A stretch of DNA of 64,000 nucleotides, from the NCBI GenBank assembly GCA_001820095.1, contig MHOO01000008.1, positions 8,597 to 72,596 on the forward strand, given 5' to 3'. This document shows, one piece after another, positions 10,319 through 19,030 of the stretch (positions are counted from its first letter, which is position 1; every line of letters begins with the position of its first letter). The notes beneath the pieces are model-generated. The model was not told the DNA's origin. It saw nothing but the letters and a program-made list of their open reading frames with translations, and did not search any database. The position numbers and the translations under genes were made by a program. Source of the DNA: Candidatus Staskawiczbacteria bacterium RIFCSPHIGHO2_01_FULL_39_25. GTDB taxonomy: Bacteria > Patescibacteriota > Minisyncoccia > Minisyncoccales > Staskawiczbacteraceae.

Positions 10319-11356
10319 TTATTTATCCCTATCCCTTCTTTCAACAAATTTTTTCACCTCTTCATAATTCATCTCCTTTGGCCATAATAAATTTCCCTCG
10401 GCAGAATAAATGGGGATGATATGTTCGGGTTTATTTTTATAAACATCTAATATAGCTTTTTTGGCCATTACCATATACTCCTGTTTTTTAGCTTCTGCAT
10501 CTTCGCTATGGTCAATCATATAAGATACGCTATATTGTTGTTTTTCTTTTTCTGTTGCAATTCTCATGATAGCAGGAATAATAATGCCCAGAAAATACTT
10601 TGCCTTAATGCCAGAGTTTGTTACGAAACCAGTTCCGGGCGCATATGATTCTGTTTCCTGCCCACTTTTCATGGCATCTATAACTACATTAGGATCTTCG
10701 GGCGATGGAGTTACCATATATTGATTACGTTTTAGTCCAGGCGCAGCTATGGAATGAGTTCTTTGATTTTGAGCGTGTTTTAAATAGAAATCTAAATCAA
10801 CTTCTTTTAATAAGAAGGATACATCAAACATAATATTAATTCTACCTGATGAAAAGCGTCCGTAATATACTTGTGGCTTGTCTTTTCCCATTACTGGAAA
10901 GTCGTTAACTTCTTGTTCGTGTATATTTTTAGATCTGCCATTTATATTAAAATAAAGAGTGCCTTTCAATCCATTTTCAAGTATTGATTGTACTGTCTTA
11001 GATCCTTGCTCTATATCTGAAATTTGAGGAGGTAATTGCAAGCCAAATGTCGGCTCGACTCCCGAACGGGCAACTCCTGAATAGGCGAGTCCCTTTTCAT
11101 TAATATCCCGAACTTTTCCCATTATTTTTTCTATAATCTCAGGCGATAATTCTTTTTCATTTGTTTTAGTAGATTTTTCAGGGTAGGGGAATGCCTCTAA
11201 TTCTTTTCGCATTTCTTCTTCTGAAACAATTTGTTCATCAAGAGCTTTTCTCTCCGGGTCTTTGCCAAAATTAATTCCATCTGGAATCTTCTTTTCATTG
11301 ATATCCCTACCTATATTTATTTCATTTGGCACATTCTCCCGTCTTATTTCACTCAT
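10319..11356 (-). CDS. Hypothetical protein (345 aa), no recognisable motif
   Basis: Long ORF with host-like composition and a charged N-terminal third. I see no family signature. Confidence 0.5.
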   Translation of the reverse strand: MSEIRRENVPNEINIGRDINEKKIPDGINFGKDPERKALDEQIVSEEEMRKELEAFPYPEKSTKTNEKELSPEIIEKIMGKVRDINEKGLAYSGVARSGVEPTFGLQLPPQISDIEQGSKTVQSILENGLKGTLYFNINGRSKNIHEQEVNDFPVMGKDKPQVYYGRFSSGRINIMFDVSFLLKEVDLDFYLKHAQNQRTHSIAAPGLKRNQYMVTPSPEDPNVVIDAMKSGQETESYAPGTGFVTNSGIKAKYFLGIIIPAIMRIATEKEKQQYSVSYMIDHSEDAEAKKQEYMVMAKKAILDVYKNKPEHIIPIYSAEGNLLWPKEMNYEEVKKFVERRDRDK

Positions 11357-11364
11357 AAAATTAA

Positions 11365-11402
11365 AGTCTTACAAAACCTACGGCCGTAGGTTTTGTAAGA
11401 CT
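11365..11402. repeat. Family-A palindromic element, copy 2
   Basis: AGTCTTACAAAACCTACGG/CCGTAGGTTTTGTAAGACT, a perfect 19+19 palindrome. Confidence 0.9.
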
Positions 11403-11403
11403 G

Positions 11404-11931
11404 TTACATTTCTTCAATTAAAAATATTTTAACAAATTCATCTAAATTGTACATTTGTAATAATTTTTCTGTTTTATCTGAAACATCGTAAGGGGTTATC
11501 CAGACACTTTGCTGGAACATTTTATATCCCAAATTATGTAACACACTTCTTAATAGGTCTCTTGATTTTCTATATTTTTCTGGAACGTCAAAAATAAGCA
11601 TCGCCCATTTACCATCATCTCGCTTTTTCTTTCCCTCGATAATAAAGCTTGCTTTCAGCACTTTATTTAGTCCTTCCTTGGTGAGCATGACTGCCATATT
11701 GCCTTCCAAATTTTTTATTCTTATATAATTTTTCCTTTTTGCATAATTTACTAAGTTGCTAAATGCTTTTTTGTTTTTGTCTTTTCTATATTTATCAAAA
11801 ACTGGATTTTTAATGCCATGCCAGGAATTATACATAGTTGGTCTTTTAGTTAGAAAAGCCACAATATCGCCTGTTTTATCTAGGATATTGTAAAGATCCC
11901 ATAAAAATTTATCAGTAACGGGAGGCTGCAT
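11404..11931 (-). CDS. PaaX-family winged-helix protein (small, 175 aa)
   Basis: Core W-x-ML-I-FDVPE-x5-R-x-LLR-x2-L-x3-GY-x5-SVWITP matches the PaaX-type W..FDIPE..R..LR..L..GF..WI.P signature. A WH-like segment precedes it. Confidence 0.6.
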   Translation of the reverse strand: MQPPVTDKFLWDLYNILDKTGDIVAFLTKRPTMYNSWHGIKNPVFDKYRKDKNKKAFSNLVNYAKRKNYIRIKNLEGNMAVMLTKEGLNKVLKASFIIEGKKKRDDGKWAMLIFDVPEKYRKSRDLLRSVLHNLGYKMFQQSVWITPYDVSDKTEKLLQMYNLDEFVKIFLIEEM

Positions 11932-11943
11932 AGTCTTGTGATG

Positions 11944-11980
11944 GTCTTACAAAACCGACGGCCGTAGGTTTTGTAAGACT
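11944..11980. repeat. Family-A palindromic element, copy 3
   Basis: GTCTTACAAAACCGACGG/CCGTAGGTTTTGTAAGAC with one mismatch. Confidence 0.9.
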
Positions 11981-12017
11981 GATTTGTATTCTAATTAATT
12001 CTGATTAATTATGATTT

Positions 12018-12896
12018 TTAGTTCAATGAATATACGTTGCCTCCTAAGTTGCGTATCTTACCTGAAATTTCCAGTAAGGCAAGCGTAGTTGCTACCAATG
12101 AAGCCTGCAATTTTGTTTTTTCAATAATATTGTCTATATACATTGCTTCTTCTTTTAAAATATTTAGAATAACCTGTTCTTCGTTGTTTCCGGCTAAAAG
12201 ATCCTTTTGTTCTTTTATTGGCGCTAAATGCAATGCTTCTAAAATATCATTAGCGCTCTCTACAAGCGTTGCCCCGTTTTTTATTAAACCATTGGGCCCT
12301 TTGGAATTTAGAGAGAAAATCGGCCCGGGCATGGCGAATAATTTTTTCTTATGTTGTTTTGCATAATTAGCCGTAATTAACGAGCCGGATTTTTCTTTCG
12401 CTTCAATCACCAAAATTCCCAATGATAAGGCTGAAATAATGCGGTTTCTTCTGGGGAACGTAAATTTTGAACCCTTGGTTCCCGGAGGCAATTCTGAAAT
12501 AAGGCACCCGCCATGTTTGATAATATCCCGTGACAGTTGCATATTAGATTGGGGATAGATGCTTTCTTCGTCTAATCCGCTGCCGAGCACCGCAACCGTT
12601 CTCTTTCCATTTTCAACGCAGGTTCTGTGGGCAAAAGTGTCAATTCCCGGAGCCATTCCTGAAACAATGGTTATATTTGAATCTACTAACCCCTTTGCTA
12701 TGGAAATAGTAGCTTGTTGGCCGTAGGGTGAAGGGCGCCGTGTGCCTACTATCCCCACACAGGCTTCGTTGGCAATAAAATTTCCACGGTAGTACAGCGC
12801 TTTGGGTGCATCGGGAATTTTTTTTAATGATGCCGGATAATTTTTATCGTCTTTTTTTATAATTTTTATTTCTTCCATTAATGCATGATAACACAA
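12018..12896 (-). CDS. dprA: DNA-processing protein DprA/Smf
   Basis: GIVGTRRPSPYG, SGMAPGIDTFAH and a C-terminal WH-like tail. Confidence 0.9.
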   Translation of the reverse strand: MCYHALMEEIKIIKKDDKNYPASLKKIPDAPKALYYRGNFIANEACVGIVGTRRPSPYGQQATISIAKGLVDSNITIVSGMAPGIDTFAHRTCVENGKRTVAVLGSGLDEESIYPQSNMQLSRDIIKHGGCLISELPPGTKGSKFTFPRRNRIISALSLGILVIEAKEKSGSLITANYAKQHKKKLFAMPGPIFSLNSKGPNGLIKNGATLVESANDILEALHLAPIKEQKDLLAGNNEEQVILNILKEEAMYIDNIIEKTKLQASLVATTLALLEISGKIRNLGGNVYSLN

Positions 12897-12969
12897 AACT
12901 TGAATTTTAATAATTTTAAGGTAAGATGTACCCAGCGTTGCTTTTCAGTCCTTTGAAAAGGAGACAGTT

Positions 12970-13293
12970 ATGGAACCCATTGTGTTAACAAAAATTGGCG
13001 AAACCTTAATTGAGGATCCTGTACATCAAGTTAATGAGCAAGATACATTTTCCAAGATGCCAATTGCCGTACTAGGCGTGCATGATATTTGCAAAGGATG
13101 GATTTCTGTAAAAGGTGTTTCAGCAACTCACAATATTATTTATTGCAGGAGTTGCGGCTTGCGGATTCAGTTTCCAAGAGAAATTGATACCTATGGGAAG
13201 TTGCGGCAATGGTGCGCTGATCAGATGAAAGCAGAAAAAAATAGAAACCATGAGATTAATGGATTCTTAACGATGAATCGGCCCATAGGCTAA
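12970..13293 (+). CDS. Hypothetical small protein (107 aa)
   Basis: AAGGAG ribosome-binding site 7 nt upstream, a single CRSC motif, and a downstream terminator. Confidence 0.4.
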   Translation: MEPIVLTKIGETLIEDPVHQVNEQDTFSKMPIAVLGVHDICKGWISVKGVSATHNIIYCRSCGLRIQFPREIDTYGKLRQWCADQMKAEKNRNHEINGFLTMNRPIG

Positions 13294-13304
13294 AAAATAA
13301 TCAT

Positions 13305-13332
13305 AACCAGCGGCTCTCGCCTCTGGTTTTTT
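13305..13332. terminator. Bidirectional terminator between the 107-aa ORF and mfd
   Basis: AACCAGcGGC-tctc-GCCtCTGGTT stem flanked by A-run and T-run. Confidence 0.55.
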
Positions 13333-15271
13333 ATTGTCTCATTTTTTCTACGGCATCCGCCAGCATTTGGCAGTATAAATTTAACCCTATTTTATTGATT
13401 GAGCCAGACTGTTCTTTTCCTAAAATATTGCCAGCTCCCCGTAGTTCCAAGTCTTTGATGGCAATTTGGTACCCAGCTCCTAATTCTTTTGCCTGCGCCA
13501 GCGTTTTTAACCGTTCTTTTGCTAATGGGGTTAGTTTTTTAGGATAAAATAAGTAGGCAAAACTTTTTACGTGGGACCTGCCCACGCGGCCTCGTATTTG
13601 ATAGGCTTGGGAAAGTCCTAATCTTGAAGCATCTTCTATGATAATGGTATTTACATTGGGCAAATCAATTCCATTTTCAATAATCGTGGTTGCCACCAGC
13701 ACTTTTGTTTTTCCTTTCTGGAAATTGTCCATTATGTTTACTATTTCCTTTTCAGGCATTCTTCCGTGAATGCAAGAAAACGTAACATGGGGTATTAATT
13801 TTTTTAATTTTTCTTTGGTTCTTTCTATCGTTTCAACCCGATTATGCAAAAAATAAACCTGGCCTTCTCTTGCTAATTCAGCACGAATTGCTTCTTGAAT
13901 GGCATTTTTATTATAGGGAAGGATTTGTGTATGAATCGCCGTTCTCCCCGTGGGCGGGGTTTGCATCAAGCTTATATTTTTAAAAGAAGAGAGCGCTAAG
14001 TAGATAGTTCTTGGAATTGGGGTTGCCGAAAGGCTTAGCACATCCAATGAAGGCCTTGCCTGCCGTAATTTTTCTTTTTGCTTTACCCCGAAACGCTGTT
14101 CGTCATCAATAATTAAAAGTTGTAAGTTTTTAAATTCAATGTCTTTTGATAAAATCCGATGGGTGCCTATGACTACGTCAATGGTTCCCGTTTGCAGCTG
14201 ATGCAATATTTTTTTCTGTTCTTTTTTTGTTTGCAATCTTGAGATTATTGCTATTTTGACGGGAAGTTTTTCAAACCGTTTTTTAAAATTATTGGAATGC
14301 TGGTTGGCTAAAATGGTGGTAGGGCATATGACGGCAACTTGGTAATTATTTGATACGGCCAACAAAGAACTTCTTATGGCTATTTCTGTTTTTCCAAAAC
14401 CTACATCTCCGCAGACGATTCTATCCATAGGTTTTTCGCCCTGCAAATCCTTTTTTATATCTTCAATGGCTTGTATTTGGTCGGGTGTTTCTTGATGCAT
14501 AAACCCAGAAGCTAACTGGGATTCTAATTCTTTATCAATAGCGTAGGGCTTGCGTGTAACAATTTCTTTTTGACTGTAAAGCGCGAGGAGTTCTTTGGCT
14601 AGCTTTTCTACATTTTCTTTAATGTGCCTTTTTGTCCTTTGCCATAAGGAGGATCCCAGTCGTGAAATAGCAGGGTCGGTAAAGCCCACATACCGTGAAA
14701 GCTTTCTCTCTAATCCAACGGGTACATACAACTTATCTTCTTTTGCATACTCTAACACATAGTATTCTCCGTTATTAATGTTGTTGATTCCAATAAATTT
14801 TCCCACTCCATGGTCCAGGTGAACCAAGTAATCTCCTGATGCGATATTTTTTATGTCAGAAAATAGTTTTTCTGATGTTAACTTTTTCTTTAAAATCTCT
14901 TTTGCTTTTTCCTCATCGGCAACGGTTATATCCAAAAGCACAATGCTTTCAATAATATTCCCTAAAAAATCCAAACGGATTGCTTGATTCATGTTGATAG
15001 GGAACACTTCAATAATGCCTCCTGTTTGCGAGAATTCTCCAGGATCTGAAATCTTGAACACCTTTTCATATCCCATGATGTCAAGTTTCCTTAACAGCTC
15101 TGAACTGCTATAGCGGTCGCTCTGTTTTAAAAATATGATATTATCCTGAAAAAACTGCTGGGTTTTGCTTGATTGTAAAATTTCTTGTAAATTTTCCTGA
15201 AACCAAAAAACCTGCTTTTCTAAAAAGTAGGGAGTGATGCTAGCAATAAGAATATTATCAATTATAGGCAT
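13331..15271 (-). CDS. mfd: Transcription-repair coupling factor, compact form (646 aa)
   Basis: CarD/RID-like LVHLDHGVGKF. Helicase motifs GDVGFGKTE, DDEQRFG and RGRVGR. It lies downstream of pth, as in many bacteria. Confidence 0.85.
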   Translation of the reverse strand: MPIIDNILIASITPYFLEKQVFWFQENLQEILQSSKTQQFFQDNIIFLKQSDRYSSSELLRKLDIMGYEKVFKISDPGEFSQTGGIIEVFPINMNQAIRLDFLGNIIESIVLLDITVADEEKAKEILKKKLTSEKLFSDIKNIASGDYLVHLDHGVGKFIGINNINNGEYYVLEYAKEDKLYVPVGLERKLSRYVGFTDPAISRLGSSLWQRTKRHIKENVEKLAKELLALYSQKEIVTRKPYAIDKELESQLASGFMHQETPDQIQAIEDIKKDLQGEKPMDRIVCGDVGFGKTEIAIRSSLLAVSNNYQVAVICPTTILANQHSNNFKKRFEKLPVKIAIISRLQTKKEQKKILHQLQTGTIDVVIGTHRILSKDIEFKNLQLLIIDDEQRFGVKQKEKLRQARPSLDVLSLSATPIPRTIYLALSSFKNISLMQTPPTGRTAIHTQILPYNKNAIQEAIRAELAREGQVYFLHNRVETIERTKEKLKKLIPHVTFSCIHGRMPEKEIVNIMDNFQKGKTKVLVATTIIENGIDLPNVNTIIIEDASRLGLSQAYQIRGRVGRSHVKSFAYLFYPKKLTPLAKERLKTLAQAKELGAGYQIAIKDLELRGAGNILGKEQSGSINKIGLNLYCQMLADAVEKMRQ

Positions 15272-15809
15272 TCATCGTCTTTTCTAGTCCGTTTTTAATG
15301 AAAAAATCAAGGGCTTCGGCGGTTTTTGCAATAGCGGAATTAATCATTTCCTGTTCCTCATTGGTAAATTTTTTGATGACAAATGTTTCCACTGATTTAG
15401 GTTTGCCTTTTTCCGGGCAGATGCCAATCTTAAATCGTATAAAATCTTTGGTTCCTAATATTTCAATAATAGAATTTACCCCTTTGTGGCCGCCTGATCC
15501 GCTATCTTGTGCAATTTTCAATTTTCCTATTGGCAAATCTATATCATCATGGACGATAACGACATCTGACATTTGACCTTTAACATTTGACACAATTTTT
15601 TTGACGGCGAGTCCAGATTCGTTCATGAAAGTTTGCGGTTTTGCTAAAATAACATTGTTTTTTTCTGAAATCAGCGAGGCATATTTTTTTGATAATTCAA
15701 AATCGGGAAAATTGTTTTTTTGGGCAAAAAAATCAATGGCCGTAAAGCCTGCATTGTGTCGCGTGTTTTTAAATTTTTCTCCGGGATTTCCCATCCCTAC
15801 AATTATCAT
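15258..15809 (-). CDS. pth: Peptidyl-tRNA hydrolase
   Basis: VGMGNPG, TRHNAGF and HDDIDLP motifs. Confidence 0.95.
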   Translation of the reverse strand: MIIVGMGNPGEKFKNTRHNAGFTAIDFFAQKNNFPDFELSKKYASLISEKNNVILAKPQTFMNESGLAVKKIVSNVKGQMSDVVIVHDDIDLPIGKLKIAQDSGSGGHKGVNSIIEILGTKDFIRFKIGICPEKGKPKSVETFVIKKFTNEEQEMINSAIAKTAEALDFFIKNGLEKTMNAYN

Positions 15810-15818
15810 ATTGCAGTT

Positions 15819-15859
15819 ATTACTTTGAATTACGAAAGCATTTCGTAATTCAAAGTAAT
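15819..15859. promoter_or_regulatory. Perfect 19-bp stem / 3-nt loop hairpin abutting the pth start codon
   Basis: ATTACTTTGAATTACGAAA-gca-TTTCGTAATTCAAAGTAAT. Confidence 0.6.
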
Positions 15860-15892
15860 TATACTATTTTTTTGTAATTTTTCCAGAGCGCA

Positions 15893-15920
15893 TTGACATG
15901 TTTTTTTAAAGATATATAAT
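15893..15920 (+). promoter_or_regulatory. Near-consensus sigma-70 promoter (TTGACA-16 nt-TATAAT)
   Basis: TTGACA at 15893-15898 and TATAAT at 15915-15920. Confidence 0.65.
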
Positions 15921-16089
15921 ACACAAAGTGCAAATAGTTCTTTATATGGAAGGGGGTTTTGATGGAGCAATGCTAGGCAGTCTCGTGGGTTCTGGTAATA
16001 GGATCAGAGAAGAGGCACGGAATAGTTAAGAAGCTGTGTCGCTATCCTTTAACCATGGAAATGCATCGGATTGATGCAAAGGAGCGGTT

Positions 16090-16404
16090 ATGAGGGGTTT
16101 CCGCAGGCTGACCAAGTTTGAAGAGGAATATCTCTTTAACGAGATCGACCGCCTCAAAAAAAGCGGTCGCATTCGGGGCAATGTTTCCGACTACGTCGAC
16201 GAATTGAAAAAGCGTCTCGCCGAAAGGTTCGACGCAACCTACGAACCGGTGGCTTTGGCCCGATTCCTAAGGGAATTCAGGCATGTCTTCCAAGAAACCA
16301 ACGGCAATCAGCCGAAAGCTCCCGGAAAGGGTGCGCCACTTTTGACTCGCATCTTTGTGCGTCGCTTCCTGCCGCGTTGCAGGAAAATGGTGTACGTACA
16401 CTAA
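16090..16404 (+). CDS. Hypothetical Arg-rich protein (104 aa) in a GC-rich island; coding status uncertain
   Basis: GGAG 6-9 nt upstream. By my hand count, about 62% of codons end in G/C, versus the roughly 30% I estimate from a short stretch of neighbouring lepB. I recognise no family. Confidence 0.45.
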   Translation: MRGFRRLTKFEEEYLFNEIDRLKKSGRIRGNVSDYVDELKKRLAERFDATYEPVALARFLREFRHVFQETNGNQPKAPGKGAPLLTRIFVRRFLPRCRKMVYVH

Positions 16405-16434
16405 GATCCCTTCTCACATGAACCCACCTAACAA

Positions 16435-16469
16435 AGGATGCGGCAACCGTGCTGCATCCTTCTTTTTTT
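16435..16469 (+). terminator. Rho-independent terminator of the GC-rich unit
   Basis: AGGATGCGGC-aaccgt-GCTGCATCCT followed by TCTTTTTTT. Confidence 0.75.
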
Positions 16470-16574
16470 AGTAGTTTCTAATGATTGGATTAGTATTGAA
16501 CGCCGAGTTGCAATAAATTAAAAAATATGATAAAATGTGCTTATTGAAGTAAGCAACTAAGCTCAATTAAAATT

Positions 16575-17207
16575 ATGGATTATAATTTGTCAAATAACAA
16601 TCAAAAAGAAGAAAATAGAAACACGCCCCCGAATGTCCCAGATAATAAATTTCAGGATTTCATAAAGAAATATCTTCTTGTCGGATGGGACCTTTTAAAA
16701 ATAATACTTATTGCCTTAGTCATAGTGCTGCCTATCCGTTATTTTCTGTTCCAGCCCTTTATTGTAAAAGGCGAATCTATGGTTCCTAATTTCCAATCAG
16801 GAGATTACCTCATTGTAGATGAAATTTCATATAGGATTGGAAACCCCCAACGAGGAGATGTCGTGGTTTTAAAATACCCATTAGACCCTACCCAGCGCTA
16901 TATAAAAAGAATTATTGGCATGCCAGGAGAAACTTTTGAAATCCAGAATGGGAATATCATAATTTCTCGAGATGGTAAAAAATTATTTTTAGAAGAAACA
17001 GGCTACCTGCCGCTTCTTTCAAGTACGGATGGCAACGTGAAAGTTACCCTAGAAGCGGACGAGTATTTTGTGCTAGGTGATAATAGGCAATTTTCTTATG
17101 ATTCAAGGCGATGGGGAGTTTTACCCAGAAAAGATATTATTGGCAAAGCAATTTTCAGAGTTTTCCCTCTATCAATGATGACCTATATTTCTTCTCCTAG
17201 CTACTAA
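16575..17207 (+). CDS. lepB: Signal peptidase I
   Basis: GESMVPN (Ser), IKRIIGMPGE (Lys), GDNRQFSYDSR, and an N-terminal TM segment. Confidence 0.9.
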   Translation: MDYNLSNNNQKEENRNTPPNVPDNKFQDFIKKYLLVGWDLLKIILIALVIVLPIRYFLFQPFIVKGESMVPNFQSGDYLIVDEISYRIGNPQRGDVVVLKYPLDPTQRYIKRIIGMPGETFEIQNGNIIISRDGKKLFLEETGYLPLLSSTDGNVKVTLEADEYFVLGDNRQFSYDSRRWGVLPRKDIIGKAIFRVFPLSMMTYISSPSY

Positions 17208-17299
17208 GTAATCCACGAATACCAACGAATTTTAAAACGAATACCAACGAATTAAATTCGTCGCAATTCGTAAAGCATTCGTTGCCATTAGTGGATTAG

Positions 17300-18619
17300 A
17301 TGATGACTAAACTAAAACTACAAACATTAACCGGAATGCATGATATCTTGCCTGAAGATCAGGTTTATTTTAAAAAGGTTCAAAAATCAGTTGAAAACAT
17401 CACGAACTATTATAGTTTTCAAAGGATAGATGTCCCCATTTTAGAGAATGCCGATGTGTTTTCAAAAGGTACGGGGATAACCACTGATATTGTTGAAAAA
17501 GAAATGTACACCTTTCGCACCAAGGGAGGAGATTTGGTGGCGTTAAGACCTGAATTTACTCCAAGCATTGCAAGAAGCTACATTGAGCATGGCATGCATA
17601 ATATGCCCCAACCGGTGAAATTATGGACATCGGGGCCATGTTTTAGGCACGAAAGGCCTCAAGCAGGAAGGTATCGGCAGCTATTGCAATTTGACATAGA
17701 AGTTCTGGGAGAGCAAAACCCGTCCATAGACGGCCAAATTATCCAGATGAGCTATGATATTTTAAAAGATTTGGCTTTTAAAAATATTGCTATTGAGGTA
17801 AATAGCATTGGGGATTCAGAATGCAAACCATATTTTAAAAAGATTCTTACCAGCTATTTCAGGTCAAAAAGATCTATGCTATGTTCTGATTGCCAGAGAA
17901 GGTTGAAGGAAAACCCCTTAAGGCTTTTAGATTGCAAAGAAGAAAAATGCCAGCGGGTAAAAGCAGGGGCTCCGCAAATTATTGACCATCTTTGCGAAAA
18001 TTGCCACGCTCATTTCAAGCAGGTTCTGGAATTTTTAGATGAGCTAGAACTGCCCTATATTTTAAACCCTTATTTAGTCCGAGGACTAGATTATTATACC
18101 AAAACAGTCTTTGAAATTGTAGAAAAAAGCGATGATGGTGTCAGCCAAGGCAGTTTAGTGGGAGGGGGAAGATATGACGGGCTTGTGAAATTTTTAGGCG
18201 GAAGAGATACCCCTGCGTGCGGGGCTGCAGGAGGCATTGATAGGATTGTAAATCTGATCAAGGCAAGAAATGCAAAGATAGATTCAGCGGGCGGACAAGC
18301 ATCAACTAAGGCCGGCGGTAAACAAGATGACACTAACATATTTTTAGCCCAATTGGGCCAGCTGGCAAAAAGAAAAAGCTTAAAACTTTTTGAAGAATTC
18401 CGCGCCGCAAAAATTCCTGTTGCAGAATCTTTTTCAAAGGATTCTTTAAGAACCCAATTGAAAACGGCAGATAAAATGGGAATACGCTGGGTTTTGATCT
18501 TTGGCCAAAAAGAGGCATTGGAAGATTTTATTACTCTGCGGGATATGAAAAGCGGCGTGCAAAAAGAAATAAAACTTGACAAGGTCGTACAAGAAATGAA
18601 AGCTAAGATTAAATCCTAA
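17300..18619 (+). CDS. hisS: Histidyl-tRNA synthetase
   Basis: LRPEFT, CFRHERPQAGRYRQ and GGGRYDGL motifs, with a C-terminal anticodon-binding domain. Confidence 0.95.
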   Translation: MMTKLKLQTLTGMHDILPEDQVYFKKVQKSVENITNYYSFQRIDVPILENADVFSKGTGITTDIVEKEMYTFRTKGGDLVALRPEFTPSIARSYIEHGMHNMPQPVKLWTSGPCFRHERPQAGRYRQLLQFDIEVLGEQNPSIDGQIIQMSYDILKDLAFKNIAIEVNSIGDSECKPYFKKILTSYFRSKRSMLCSDCQRRLKENPLRLLDCKEEKCQRVKAGAPQIIDHLCENCHAHFKQVLEFLDELELPYILNPYLVRGLDYYTKTVFEIVEKSDDGVSQGSLVGGGRYDGLVKFLGGRDTPACGAAGGIDRIVNLIKARNAKIDSAGGQASTKAGGKQDDTNIFLAQLGQLAKRKSLKLFEEFRAAKIPVAESFSKDSLRTQLKTADKMGIRWVLIFGQKEALEDFITLRDMKSGVQKEIKLDKVVQEMKAKIKS

Positions 18620-18730
18620 TTAACCTAATCAAATCTTAAATCCTAAAATATCAAAATCCCAAAACAAGTTTGAAAATTAGTTATTGATTAGAATAATTAG
18701 AACAATTAGAAATTAGAATAATTCAAAAAC

Positions 18731-18949
18731 ATGACATTAGAAGTAAGAAAAAAAGACAAAGAAAGCTCTCAGAATTTAGTCCATCGTTTTACGAAAGTAG
18801 TTCGTCAATCGGGAATTTTGCTTGAAGTAAGAAGCAAGCAGTTTCGTAAAAGATCTAAATCAATTTTAGCAAAAAAGAGGTCAGCCTTAAGAAGGGTTGA
18901 GATGAGAGCAGAAAAAAAGCGCCAAGAGAAATTGGCAAAACCCAAATAG
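18731..18949 (+). CDS. rpsU: 30S ribosomal protein bS21
   Basis: 72 aa, very basic, with an S21-like RFTKVVRQSGIL..KKRSALRR pattern. Confidence 0.8.
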   Translation: MTLEVRKKDKESSQNLVHRFTKVVRQSGILLEVRSKQFRKRSKSILAKKRSALRRVEMRAEKKRQEKLAKPK

Positions 18950-19030
18950 ACGACATTTAACAATTGACAATTAACAGTTGACAAAGCGAATCGTCGGATG
19001 TCAAAGGTTAAATGTCAATTGTCAATTGTT

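Noticed and set aside
11404-11931. The PaaX-like genes, whose core vaguely resembles Cas2, might mark a CRISPR-Cas locus.
   Set aside because: There are no repeat-spacer arrays, no cas1 and no other cas genes in the window. The flanking palindromes are single copies, not arrays.
15925-16470. The GC-rich island might be RNase P RNA, tmRNA or SRP RNA.
   Set aside because: On neither strand did I find the RNase P GGAAAGTCC or ACAGAA P4 strands, a tmRNA tRNA-like 3' end (..GGTTCGA.TCC...CCACCA) or tag ORF, or the SRP domain-IV motif. It is kept only as an unclassified candidate.
17208-17299. A T-box riboswitch might lie upstream of hisS (and similarly upstream of leuS at 810-871).
   Set aside because: The spacers are only 60-90 nt, far too short for a T-box. 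No AGAGA/GNUGGUA-type T-box sequence or specifier-loop architecture is visible.
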